Assembly: GCF_052425735.1 (NCBI RefSeq)
Contig: NC_135761.1
Span: 8,866,001-8,930,000, forward strand
Source: Oculina patagonica
Taxonomy: Eukaryota
Reading direction: 5' to 3'
Length of the DNA stretch: 64,000 nucleotides
In this document: positions 50,205 through 62,188 of the stretch, one piece after another
Numbering within the stretch: the stretch's first letter is position 1
How the letters are laid out: the number at the start of each line of letters is the position of its first letter
Position numbers and translations under genes: made by a program
Notes under the pieces: generated by a model
The model's input: only the letters and a program-made list of their open reading frames with translations
Databases searched by the model: none
Told to the model about the DNA's origin: nothing

Positions 50205-51108
50205 GGCTGCATTCATTATGTATGCTACAGGGGGGGGGGGGGGGGAACAGAGGATTTTTTTTCAGCGGCTCGTTTTTTTTTATTATATCCCCCCAAGGTC
50301 CATAAAAATTTTCATAATCCCCCCAGGCAATCAGCCGAAAAATGAATACCCCACCCTTCCTCTCTCACAAGATATATCAAAATAAATATCTGTATAATAG
50401 TACACTATATATGTTTGAAATTTCAAGGGACATGTTTAATAAGAACATCGAGACAGCTTTGACTGTTTATGTCATGCCTATACCAGCCAGTCTAAGTAGC
50501 GCGAATAAGGTATAGATAGCCTGCCAGCTCGAGTACCAGTACTACCAGGAGTATTGACAGAAACCTGCGTTTCACTGTCACTCTCGTTGACAAAAGCAAC
50601 AACCTCATCATCATCATCACTCTCACTATCACACTCATCCACGGATTCATCTCCGCTGTTGCCATTCTCTTCACCCTCGTTTTCCGGCCGTTCAGCATCA
50701 TTCCTCTCAAGTGCGACATGTGCCATTATTCTCCTTATCTTATCATTTTTCTGAGGTTGCATTAAATGTTTCCATTTTAGATGTTTTACTTTCTATACTG
50801 TATCGAAACATTACATCTACAGGCCAGGCACACTATTTAAAAAACTTTAAAATAGGTACTATAGTCTCTCAGAATAATAGAGGTACCCCTGTTGCCTACA
50901 ATCCTTTAAAGAAGCTGCTGTACTTATCATTTCTTTTTTCACTTTTTAAAACTATTACAAAAGCTAGACAGAATCTTACAAAAAATAAGCATCCCCCCAG
51001 GAGATATTTAAACAATTTTCATACCCCCCCTTTTTTGCTCTAAAAATTCGAGAACCCCCCTAAAATACTCTGCCCCCCCCCCCTGTAGGATACATAATGA
51101 ATGCAGCC
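50205..51108. mobile_element. PIF/Harbinger-like non-autonomous element with an acidic ORF remnant
   Basis: TIR GGCTGCATTCATTATGTAT.CTACAGGGGG; flanks TCA / TTA; empty site in the copy 3 flank (~54925-54935). Confidence 0.8.
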
Positions 51109-53359
51109 TTAAGTTCATGCTTATTTAAATCACACAGAAAACGCTTGCTTTTTTAGTACGCATTATACAGGCTGCGAACAGGCTCTCAAATAGGGTAAAG
51201 CACGAGATATTGGTCGAAATAGTTCTGAAACGAACCAAAAGAAAACTGTGAAGAGAGACGAGTCTCCCTTTTTTCACTGGCAGGAAACCCCCACATAAAA
51301 GTGATGGGGTGACTATATCTACTTTTTGCAGGGGTTAGAATTCATTGTTTGGAACCTCCTAAGGGACCGGTTATTATTTATCGCCTGGGGGGAGCGGAGG
51401 ATTTTGGGGGGATCACTTGATAATTAGATGAACAGAAGGGGGGGATCAGTCGTAACTGAACGCCCAAAAGGGGGGATCACTAAAAATTTTGAAAGGATTC
51501 AGATGCGGGACCACTAACGGGTGCACATTTCAATTTATATCGAGAACGTTTTGTGTTAAAACCTCTATATTTTCCTCTTATATAGTGCTTAGCAAATATT
51601 CATCTTTGAACATGACAGGTGAATTCTAAATTGTGAACCATAACTCCTGATAAATGAAACACTGAGAAATAGCATGTTTGTTTAAACACTAAGCATTAAT
51701 CGCCTTTTCAGGAATGGGCTCCTGGCTCAGCTCTATACTAAGTCCGATTCAACTGCTTTATCTGCCTTATCTACTTCATTTTGAGCCTCGTCATCCGATT
51801 CAACAACTTCATTTGCCTCATGAGCCTCAACCTCCATTTCATTTTCGTTAGGCAAGAGTGCATTAAAGATTGTATTGCATTCGATTCGACTAATTCATTT
51901 GTCTCTTAAGCTTCATGGTCCGATTCAACAACAACAATTAGTCCTCTACAGCAGTTTGACGTTGGATTTTGTGCCCTTAAAATTCCGCTACTTGTTCTAG
52001 ATTTTTTGTTAAGTTCATGCTTAAAATATCCTTTCCTAGTAGCCACAGCAATGGGTATTGATCCAAACGCCTTGTTAGTTTCTTAGCAAAGTCAGCATTG
52101 ATGCTAACTACAGGGGAAACTCTATCATTCCCCAAGTTACTCGAGATTTCCCGAAAAGTTGCCCACAATTTCTCAAAAAGTTGCTCCAAAAATCCCAAAA
52201 CGTTGCTTTTGATAAATAAAAGTTGCCCAAAAAATCTAAAACGCTGCTTTTTTAAGAAATTTTCTCCTAATATATGCTAATTTCCCTTTGAAGGAAAGAT
52301 TTCTAAGCACTTTCACGCAATTTCACAGCAAAAGAGGTATCTAATGAGCATTTTAAGGCAAATATTTGTTTATTAACAAGAATTTCTTTCACTGAGAAAA
52401 CTCGTGAATATACCGATGACTTCATGTTTACTGACGAGTTTTGTGATGTTTTAATCAGCGAAATAAGGCGACAGTTGAAACATCTTCGGATGTTCCTCAA
52501 ACATCATCGGCAAACCTCGTTAATCTTCGGAAATGTTCGTAAGTTGCCAAACAGTTGCCGAGCAACTTGTGGAAAGCCCTAACTCGAGTCGTTTCTCTCT
52601 GGTTTTCGGACCTTCCTTTTCCTTTTTTTCTTCCTTTCTTTTTGACACTGATGAGTTTCATGGCATAAGGAAACTACTTTGACAGGTTGATACGCGCAAC
52701 GCGCTGTTGTAAACCTGGCTGAAGCGGACTAAGGTTCCGTTTACAGCGCAGTGATTCGCCTTTGTGCTTCTTCTTCTAAATAGACTAACTTATCGCCTTC
52801 TTTATTCAGTTCTTTATGCCTGAAATGAAGTTTTTAATGTTTTGGCGCACTCCGTATTTCTCACTCTTCAGTAAATTATTCGCATTATTATTTAGCGCCC
52901 ATCGCAATTGCTCTTGTTCAGGCAGGTGGTTCCTGAACCTAGAGAAAAAAAGCCGTACAATCTGGTCGGAAATAGGCTAAGTATTTAAGGTAGCGCGGCG
53001 CACACCCCCTGGCTATCATGCGATAGGCAGGAAGTTTCACTATAATCATTATATATTCCTTTCGATCTTGGAATATGAAATTCAGTTGTGGTTTACGTTA
53101 CAGTTCAAGTATTGCAGTGTTTTTATTTTAATTTCATTTGAAATGAAGCTCGTGTAGCTGTTATCTGCCTCGTTACGTGAAGAATCCTATTAACTGAACT
53201 CGATTATATCACTGGACAGCTAGCGGAGATATAAACAAGCATTTGGTAACGGACAACGTAAACATCTGAAGAACTATTTGCTACAGTCAGAAACAGCAGC
53301 CGTTTCGTTTTGTTCTAGAATCAACCAAGCATAGTCAGAATATTTCTTAAAAACATAAA

Positions 53360-54238
53360 ATGAATCGTTCAAACATTTCCACAGATGAAGACTGCTTCCT
53401 TCCTCTGGGCCACGGCATCGCTCTAATGATGGTAAATTCTCTTGGAGCTGTGATCGGTACGTTTGGAAATATCCTGGTTTGCATTGCCGTGCTTACAAGC
53501 CCTCATCTTCGCCGAAGCTCCAACTTCCTTCTCGTCAGCTTGGCTATTGCTGATTTGATCGTGACGATGGTCTGCGAACCCTTAGTTGTGGCAATTGTGG
53601 GCAAAAGAGCGCTTGTTCACGACTGTGCATCGAGCCTGGAACTTGCCTATGTAGTGTCCTCAAATCTGTCGTGTTCTGCATCGCTTTTGCACCTCGCCGC
53701 GATCAGTGTTGACCGTTTTATTGCCGTTATTTATCCTCTGCGTCACGGCCGCATCATGAGGAACTATGGTTTGAAGACTATGCTGATAATCGTCTGGGCT
53801 GTGGCTATCATTTTCGCCTCTCTTCGGGTGCCCTTCTTGAAGGAAACATCTTTTTTGGCCTTTGTGATGTTCGTTGTTGGCTATGGCCTAATTATTGCCA
53901 CCTACGCGTCGATCGTGATCTTTCTGTTCAGAGAAAAGCGAAGAAAAAATAAACTCAGAGCGCGACCAACGGTTGAAGTGAATACCAAAATTGAACGGCG
54001 CGTTGCCTTCACTCTGGCAATTGTGATCGGTGTTTTCAGCGCTTGTTGGTTTCCGATGATTATTGTATTCTTTTCTGCTGGGAAATCTCTTGTGAAGATG
54101 CATGGCACCGCGTACATGTGGATAAGATCTTTAGCTCTGTCAAACTCAGCCATGAACTTTATTATTTACAGTGCAAGGATTCGTGACTTCCGGGATGCGT
54201 ATGTCTCGATATGCCGAAAGATTCTTCACTGTGCTTAG
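53360..54238 (+). CDS. Intronless class A GPCR, copy 3, 292 aa
   Basis: Same motifs; intact ORF; in-frame upstream stop supports this ATG. Confidence 0.93.
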   Translation: MNRSNISTDEDCFLPLGHGIALMMVNSLGAVIGTFGNILVCIAVLTSPHLRRSSNFLLVSLAIADLIVTMVCEPLVVAIVGKRALVHDCASSLELAYVVSSNLSCSASLLHLAAISVDRFIAVIYPLRHGRIMRNYGLKTMLIIVWAVAIIFASLRVPFLKETSFLAFVMFVVGYGLIIATYASIVIFLFREKRRKNKLRARPTVEVNTKIERRVAFTLAIVIGVFSACWFPMIIVFFSAGKSLVKMHGTAYMWIRSLALSNSAMNFIIYSARIRDFRDAYVSICRKILHCA

Positions 54239-55257
54239 CCTTATCGGACCGATCAGGCTGACAATCTAAACTTTAATATTAACATTGCACTAGCTAACTG
54301 CTTGCTGTTTTAAAAAGTAGAAAAAGGGAGTTGCTGTAACCCTGAAAGCAAGTCAAACGGCTACGCTTTTTATATCAGTTCTAGGGCACTTGCATTGATG
54401 GAATGGTAATTAACTGTATTACACGACACAACGTTGTCGTCGAGAAATATTTACTTTGTTTTTAACTAAAGGTCCTAGAGGCCTAAAGTTATTCACGTTC
54501 TTTAATGCGGATCCGACTGCGACTGTTTTTAATTGTATGAAACCTATATCGTATTGTTCAGCAACAGTTTCGCAAGTACAGTTGAATCACAATAACTCGA
54601 ACCTGCCGCTAATTCGAACCTTTTTCGATTCCCCTTTAGGTCATTTTTTTTACTAATTTTACCCTCGATAACTGGTACCCCCGATATCTCGAACCTTTTT
54701 CAATTTCCCTTGAAGGTTCGAGTTATCGGGATTCAACTGTAACATGCAGATTCTATTTTGCTTGTATTAATCACCAAAAATGGCATACCTATATCCCATT
54801 TTAAAACGCGAAACTATAGGCTTGACAATTATGTTACAGAAGTGCAAATAAACAATGGACCAGGACTTAAAAAAATTGAGAATATAAACAAGGTAATTGT
54901 TTAACTGAGTATGTAATGTTAACCTTTCTTAAAATTCATGCTTAATAAAATCAAACAGAAAACGCTTGCTTTTTTAGTACGCATTATACAGGCTGCGAAC
55001 AGGCTCTCAAATAGGATAAAGCACGAGATATTGGTCGGTAAGCAGTTATGAAACGAACCAAAAGAAAACTGTGACAAGGGACGAGTCTCCCTTTTATCAC
55101 TGGCAGGAAACCCCCACATAAAATGATGGGGTGACCATCTACTTATTACAGGGGTTAGAATTCGTCGTTTGGAACCTCATTAGGTGATGAAAAATTGGCA
55201 AGACGACACTTTTCACAAGTTTACCTTGAAAGATGGAGCGTCGAAAATAATACGTAA

Positions 55258-55757
55258 NNNNNNNNNNNNNNNNNNNNNNNNNNNNNNNNNNNNNNNNNNN
55301 NNNNNNNNNNNNNNNNNNNNNNNNNNNNNNNNNNNNNNNNNNNNNNNNNNNNNNNNNNNNNNNNNNNNNNNNNNNNNNNNNNNNNNNNNNNNNNNNNNNN
55401 NNNNNNNNNNNNNNNNNNNNNNNNNNNNNNNNNNNNNNNNNNNNNNNNNNNNNNNNNNNNNNNNNNNNNNNNNNNNNNNNNNNNNNNNNNNNNNNNNNNN
55501 NNNNNNNNNNNNNNNNNNNNNNNNNNNNNNNNNNNNNNNNNNNNNNNNNNNNNNNNNNNNNNNNNNNNNNNNNNNNNNNNNNNNNNNNNNNNNNNNNNNN
55601 NNNNNNNNNNNNNNNNNNNNNNNNNNNNNNNNNNNNNNNNNNNNNNNNNNNNNNNNNNNNNNNNNNNNNNNNNNNNNNNNNNNNNNNNNNNNNNNNNNNN
55701 NNNNNNNNNNNNNNNNNNNNNNNNNNNNNNNNNNNNNNNNNNNNNNNNNNNNNNNNN
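55258..55757. other. Scaffold gap (500 N)
   Basis: Run of N of round, fixed length. Confidence 1.
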
Positions 55758-56648
55758 AAAGTCACAAAGATGTCCCACCCCCTTATGTGCAGATCAAAAC
55801 TAAGAACTACATGACCCACCCCCTTTCTTCTCTGGCCCACTCCCCCCCCCTCCTACTTATTGACTAGTCCCCTAAAGACCATCATTGATCAATATATTTT
55901 TTTAAAAATATTAAGGATGGCTAAATCAAATGCCATGTTCTGTTATTTTATACCATGTTGTACTGATTCTTTTCTTCACCCACAGCACTTGTCAACAGCA
56001 ATTTATATCGAATGCTCTTACAAATGTTAGTGTCAAAGTTTTTATACAATAGCCAGAAGGCAAGACTTGAAAGTGGATTTTCTATAACCACCAGCGTATG
56101 GAAAGAAAAGTTTTTGCTTGTAGGGAGGCCAGGCAGAATGTAATTTGCTTTTATGAAAGTAGAAGTTGAGCGCTGGAGACACTAGACTCTAGGGGTGTCT
56201 GGGGGCATGCTCCCCCAGAAAATTTTGAAATGTCTGATTTGTATGATGATATTATAACAAAAATTTAACTGTAGCTTGATGTGTAAAAATACAGAATTGC
56301 AGACATTTAGTGTTGCAAAGTGTTAGCATTATTCCCAATGACAAATTATTTAGCTCGTGGCTAGCCGGTTGTGCACAGCCTTTTGTCCTAGCCAAGGGAC
56401 TCTGTGTTAGACTAGCCACGAACTAACTAATTTGTCACAAGTATCTGTCAACTTCTATTGTCAATTATTTCCAAATCCTGCAAAAAAAAAGTTTTAAAAA
56501 TTTGTAGTTTTAAGGTAGTGTAGTGTAGTGGCATATAGCTTGATTTAGATTAGATTGTTAAACAGTTAAACAATAAAAAGAGTTTGATTGCCACAACCAT
56601 TCTGAAAAGTGTATTGCAGTAATAATGGGTTTTTTTTAATCTCCTTAG

Positions 56649-57829
56649 TAAACAGCATAGCACTGGTAAAACCTGAAAAAGCAAAAATGATGGAAGGTAT
56701 GTTGATACAAATGGCCAGGACAGGACAGATAGCTGGGAAGGTAATAATAACAGAAAAACATTGATTGATAGTTAACTTCCTCGTTAATAAGTTCACAATA
56801 TAAGACACTAGAATAAAGACACTCATCACCTTGAGGTGGTCTGCAGTTATAAGTTGTTATTAACAGAGGTATTTGTTAGTGCGCTTAACTCTGAACTGAG
56901 GGCTCTGCCAGGGTTCAAGCCTGCCAGGGGGTATCTTGTTGTGTTCTTGGGCAAGACACTTTAGTTTAATAGTGCCTCTCTCCACCCAGGTGTATAAATG
57001 AGTACCAATTTGGGTTAAATGCAAGTAAAACGAGGAGTAATTTATAAAGTAAGGCTACCATGTGGCCCTGTAAAAGAAGGCCATTGTTTGACTTTGTTTT
57101 TGATTATGTTGTAACAATATCACAATTAACGGTCCTGTAATGCAATGTTCTTTTTCAGTTGTCTGAGTCTCAGTTGGTTAGTCTTCTTCAGGATATCAGT
57201 GAAAAAACTCGAAAGAAAACAACAGTTAAGGTAATGTTTTAAAAAAACTGCATCTATTTCTAATTTTGATTGTCATCACATGAAGGTAGAAAGCTGTTAC
57301 TGGAAATTACCACATCCTGTTTAATAAAATTTTTTGGTAGGATTAGCATCTCATTCAGGGGGAGTAAAAAATACTACCAGTCATATCATGCTTTGGAAAC
57401 CAGGATAAGCTCCCGCCCAATGGGCCACTAGGCTCAAATGCAGACTTTACCTATTCCTGACACTAGACTAACTTAACTAGTCAAAATTGTCAATCATGCT
57501 CATTTTATCGCACACTTGTTTTATGTCTTGACATTGATAACTCCTGCTTGTGAGTTGTCATGTTCAGGATGTATGAGCTGATGCTATGCTTAAGTTCTTG
57601 CACCCGACAATACCTCAAGTCTTCCAAAGGCTTTCAACTTAATCTTTGTCTTCTAAAAGAGCAAGACATTGAACTTGCAGGATATTTCTTGGGCTACTGT
57701 GAAAGCTTTGCTTAAAATGTTTACCATTGTTGCCCATCCTAAATTTTTATGTTATTTTTATATTATTCTTTGTTTTATTAGTTTAACAGAAAACGCATTG
57801 ACGATTCTGATGAAGATGACGAAGACTAG
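56649..57829 (+). CDS. PDCD5: Programmed cell death protein 5, exons 4-6 (56649-56740, 57159-57230, 57782-57829)
   Basis: (L)NSIALVKPEKAKMMEGMLIQMARTGQIAGK/LSESQLVSLLQDISEKTRKKTTVK/FNRKRIDDSDEDDED* is the PDCD5 C-terminal half. Exon 4 starts in phase 1, matching the end of exon 3 at 16571. Confidence 0.95.
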
Positions 57830-57902
57830 TTATACGTGTTTTTTCATTTCTTAAGGTTAGCAGTGCTATTTCACTCTCTCCTTGTATTCTTCAGCTGTAA
57901 TT

Positions 57903-58257
57903 CAGGGCACGAAATTTACTTTTTTTTTCCAGTAGCCGCTTGGCTCCTAAATGTTTCAAAGTGGTAGCCAATTCCGAAAAGTTGGTTGCCAGTCTTTTTA
58001 AAAAAATACAAGCAAACATTTTTTTACACAATCATTTTAGAAATACAGTTTCTATCTGTATATTTTAATTTTTGGTAAACTCGAGTTCTGTTTCAGCCAT
58101 CTATCAGGCTTCAGGTCCATAATCAGAAATTGTACCATAGATCATAGCGTTAAGTATATCACAAGCCTTGTGTTGGCAACTAACTTTCAGGATTTGGTAG
58201 CCAAATTGAAAAATTTAGTAGCATTGTCTTCTGTATTAGGAGCAATTCCGTGCCCTG
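57903..58257. mobile_element. hAT-like MITE just 3' of the PDCD5 stop
   Basis: CAGGGCACG(A/G)AATT terminal inverted repeats; TSD not clear. Confidence 0.55.
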
Positions 58258-58551
58258 TGTATATATTTAACAAATAAAGAAGCCTTCGTCACACGGAAGT
58301 GGTGAAAGCTCTGAAGAAGTGTATAGGAAAACGAACCACTGGCAATTTAGCATACAGGCTGTGATATAATTTTCAAGTTTCTAAAACAGTTTTTCTTTCT
58401 TCCACACAGAGACATAACAAAGCTCGAAGTTTCACCTGGATAATATATATGACGTCATAACATGTATTCTCAATGAGTGAAAGAGGAGAAAAAAGAGCTT
58501 AATGTAAAAACCCCGTTCACACTAACTAAACCAGTTTAGTTAAACTAGGTT

Positions 58552-58682
58552 TGCAAAAGTGCAAAACAGTTTTGTCCACAGGGTTTAAAATACCTTTCCT
58601 CTTGCTATGCAACTTCCATATATGGAAGTTGAAGAGAGGAAGGTATTTAAACCCTGTGGACATACTGTTTTGCACTTTTGCA
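58552..58682. repeat. 130-bp near-perfect palindrome
   Basis: TGCAAAAGTGCAAAACAGT...ACTGTTTTGCACTTTTGCA around a central CAACTTCCATATATGGAAGTTG. Confidence 0.85.
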
Positions 58683-59693
58683 TATCAGATATGAGATGAT
58701 TTTAAACACTTAAAAACTTTCAATTCCCAAAAGTGATGAATGCAAAATTTCTCCCTACAATATCAGTATGTTAGCAGCAGAGAGGTAATAAGAATTTGGC
58801 AGTCAAAAATTTGTTTTATTCAGTGGCCTGATATGTGTTTTACTGAGTGTGTACAGTATGTAATTTTTTGTCAACGACATAAGCTTTTTGATTAAGCATG
58901 TCATGCTCTTAGAGTAAATGTCGAGAACATATATTGTTTGAATAAAATATCTGAATTGACATAACCAATAGCACTCTAATTATTTTTGGTCAAAGCTTGT
59001 TTGATTTTCCAGTAACAAAAGAAAAACAAAGTAAATAGCACGTCTTAAAAAAAAAAAAAAAAAAACAATAATGCGGGTTATGTTGTTTTAAAATATTTAA
59101 ACGGTTATATTACCCGCATCGTGTCTCGCTTCATCAATAAATTTCTTAAATTCAAACCAGAGATACTGCGAAACTTCTTTTTGCACTTTTTGAACAACTT
59201 TGTTTTAAATACAGAGCGTTTAGAAAGTTATAGCATCCCGATCCAGGGTGTTTCTAAAACATCACAAAAACCAGTATTTCCAAGTCATTTTTGACTTTCG
59301 GATACCCATAACAGATACCAGAAAGTTTCATAGCAAAATCAGTTTTAAGTTTTACGTCTTTCGACGCTCCGTCTTTCAAAGTAAACTCGAGAAAAGTGTC
59401 GTCGCCGTATACTTCTCTTAGAAGGAAGAAATGATTAGACCTAAGAGAAAGGCCCTTGATCGTGGGAGGTTTTGACAGGAACCCCTAAAACGTGCCATTC
59501 TGTGAGCGCGTCCGAATTTCCATTCACCCTTATAGGTGCCATTTTTTACCAAACCACGAATTCTAACCCCTGTAAAAGGCAGACGTCCAACCCCATCACT
59601 TTTATATGGGGATTCCTTGCGGAGACTCTTCCCTCTTCACATTTTTTTCTTGATTCGTTTCAGAACTGCTTACCAAATGCTATTTCGTGCTTG

Positions 59694-59965
59694 AGAGCAG
59701 TTTTCACTTGAGTGTCGATAGTAATTCGCGTTTACATTGGTTTTGCATTACTACGCTCAGTGATTGAATAAAAACTCTCGCGCCACTTTCTCAGCCAATC
59801 AGAAGTAAAACCAAAACCAATCGTTTACGTTTTCCTGCGTTTCGTGCCGGCTACGTGTAATTGCTTCGAGTTTTCATTGGTTCACTGGATCGCCTGTGTT
59901 CGTTGTGATTGGCTAGAGTGATTACTTTGGTTTTGGTTTTGCGACACTAAATTGAAAACTGCTCT
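59694..59965. mobile_element. MITE with AGAGCAGTTTTCA ends; partial or decayed relatives at ~735-1030, ~21870-22190, ~23160-23225, ~30730-30900
   Basis: Terminal inverted repeats and shared internal aaaaccaaa/ccaatca motifs; absent from the paralogous GPCR flanks. Confidence 0.75.
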
Positions 59966-60877
59966 ATCCCAGTTGAGAACCTGCTGCAGGCTATAATAAT
60001 ACGTGCTAAAAAAGCAAGCGTTTGTGATTTTATTTACAATTTCAAGTTTATACTCAGTTAAATGATTGCTTAAACATATAAATTCTCAATGTTAATTGAC
60101 GTTTTGACTGACTCCACTGATTATTTTTTTATTTATTTCCACTTCTGTAACAAAATTGGCAAGCCTATGATTTCGCGGGTTACAGGGCTATAGTCACGCC
60201 ATTTTTCGGCGATTGAAGCCAGCCAAATAGAATCAATAAAATAGTTGAAGGCCTTGCTGAAGGTTAAAGACCTACCAAAAAAAATCCGACAACATTATCA
60301 CCGGAAAGTAAAGTAATCCCCCCTTTCCATACCCAGAAAAATAAACTCCCCCATTATTATCCACCCCTGCCTGAATTGCTTCAGCCGTCCAGATCAGAGG
60401 CCTTTGTTCCCCATTTATTATTTTGTATATAATTATTTAAAACAGTTGTATGTCACAGCTCTGATCCGCATAAACATAGCGTGAACTACTTTAGGCCTCT
60501 ATGAAATCTAGTCTCAAAAACGTTGTTAAGGCCCGTTTACACAGACGATTTTTGTCTCCCAATGCAAATTTTGTCGCGCCGAAGTTGCAACTTCACAATA
60601 GCGCGTGTAAACTAGCACCGATTTCATGGCGATTCTATGTCTTTATCGCAGAGTTTCGAAATTTGATGATGCCCGTGCTTGATGCGTGACAAAATTACGT
60701 AAAATACAGCTATCACTGAATCAACGAAGTGCCCTTGAACTGGTAAAACAATAGTAGATGTTTGATTTTGTTTCAGCAACTCATTAAACTCACTATTTCT
60801 ATTCATCAGCAAGCTGGCGCAATGTTAAAATTAACATCAAGGGACTTAAGATTGTCAACCTGACCGGTCCGAGAAGG

Positions 60878-61759
60878 CTAAGCACAGTGAAGAATCTTCC
60901 GGCATATCAAGGCAAACGCGTCCCGGAAGTCACGAATCCTTGCACTGTAAATAATAAAGTTCATGGCTGAGTTTGACAGAGTTAAAGATCTTATCCACAT
61001 GTAAGCGGTGCTATGCATCTTCACAAGAGATTTCCCAGCAGCAAAGAATACAATAATCATCGGAAACCAGCAAGCGCTGAAAACAACGATCACAATTGCC
61101 AAAGTAAATGCGACGCGCCGTTCAATTTTGGAATTCACTTCAACCGTTGGTCGCGCTCTGAGTTTATTTTTTCTTTGCTTTTCTCTGACCAGACTGATCA
61201 CGATTGACGCGTAGGAGGCAATAATTAGCCCATAGCTAACAACGAACACCACAACGACCAAATAAGATGTTTCCTTCAAGAAGGGCACTCGAACAGAGGT
61301 GAATATAACAGCTGAACTCCAGACGATTACCAACATAGCCTTCAAGCCATAGTTCTTCATGATGCGGCCGTGACGCAGAGGATAAATAACGGCAAGAAAA
61401 CGGTCAACACTGATTGCAGCAAGGTTCAAAACCGATGCAGAACACGACAGATTTGCAAACACTGCATAGGCAAGTTCCAGGCTCGATGCACAGTCGTGAA
61501 CAAGCGCTCTTTTGCCCACAATTGCCACGACTAACGGCTCGCAGACCATCGTCACGATCAAATCAGCAATGGCCAAGCTGACGAGAAGAAAGTTGGAGCT
61601 TCGGCGAAGACGAGGGCTTGAATAAAGCACGGCAATGCAAACCAGGATGTTTCCGAACGTGCCGAGCATAGCTCCAAGAGAATTTACCATCATTAGAGCG
61701 ATTCCGTGGCCCAGAGGAAGAGAGCAGTCTTCATCTGTGGAAATGTTTGAACGATTCAT
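60878..61759 (-). CDS. Intronless class A GPCR, copy 4 (most divergent), 293 aa
   Basis: Same motifs; one-residue insertion after TM1 (LYSSPR vs LTSPH); more TM3-TM5 substitutions. Confidence 0.93.
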   Translation of the reverse strand: MNRSNISTDEDCSLPLGHGIALMMVNSLGAMLGTFGNILVCIAVLYSSPRLRRSSNFLLVSLAIADLIVTMVCEPLVVAIVGKRALVHDCASSLELAYAVFANLSCSASVLNLAAISVDRFLAVIYPLRHGRIMKNYGLKAMLVIVWSSAVIFTSVRVPFLKETSYLVVVVFVVSYGLIIASYASIVISLVREKQRKNKLRARPTVEVNSKIERRVAFTLAIVIVVFSACWFPMIIVFFAAGKSLVKMHSTAYMWIRSLTLSNSAMNFIIYSARIRDFRDAFALICRKILHCA

Positions 61760-61951
61760 TTTAGATTTGTAAGGTATATTTTGACTGTATATGTCTGGGT
61801 GATTCTAGCCTCCCACGCAGTCGTTCTTAGGGCAGTTAGGGGCGATCGTGTTACATTCCTCCCTACCGTGAGGCTGGCAACGAACGAAACACGGTTGCTG
61901 TTCCTGACTGTAGCAATATTTAATAGTTCTTCATGTGAATACGTTCTCAAG

Positions 61952-62188
61952 AAAAAATAAACGATAAAAACGAAGGACGTTTTGGAGTCGTCATGACGCC
62001 AATATTAAGTTCACAAAAAAAAAATGAAAAGACATTTTGCATATTTTATATGACATGGCATATTTAATTATGTTAATCTTAAGCGAACTTTTTCTGACAG
62101 TTTAATCTTTTCATTTTTTTTTTTTTTGAACTTGATAAAGGCGTCATGATGACTCCGAAACGTCGTTCGTATTTATCGTTTATTTTTA
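61952..62188. mobile_element. Fold-back MITE upstream of GPCR copy 4
   Basis: AAAAATAAACGATAAA.ACGA..GACGTTT.GGAGTC.TCATGACGCC and its reverse complement at the other end; absent upstream of the other copies. Confidence 0.65.

Noticed and set aside
52645-52690. CTGATGAG...GAAAC as a hammerhead ribozyme
   Set aside because: The GAAAC pairs with the adjacent GTTTC, leaving no proper stem II/III or cleavage triplet.
56870-57452. SINE 5' half and 3' half on either side of PDCD5 exon 5, suggesting an exon inserted into a SINE
   Set aside because: Exon 5 is a conserved PDCD5 exon; two separately truncated SINE copies explain the pattern more simply.
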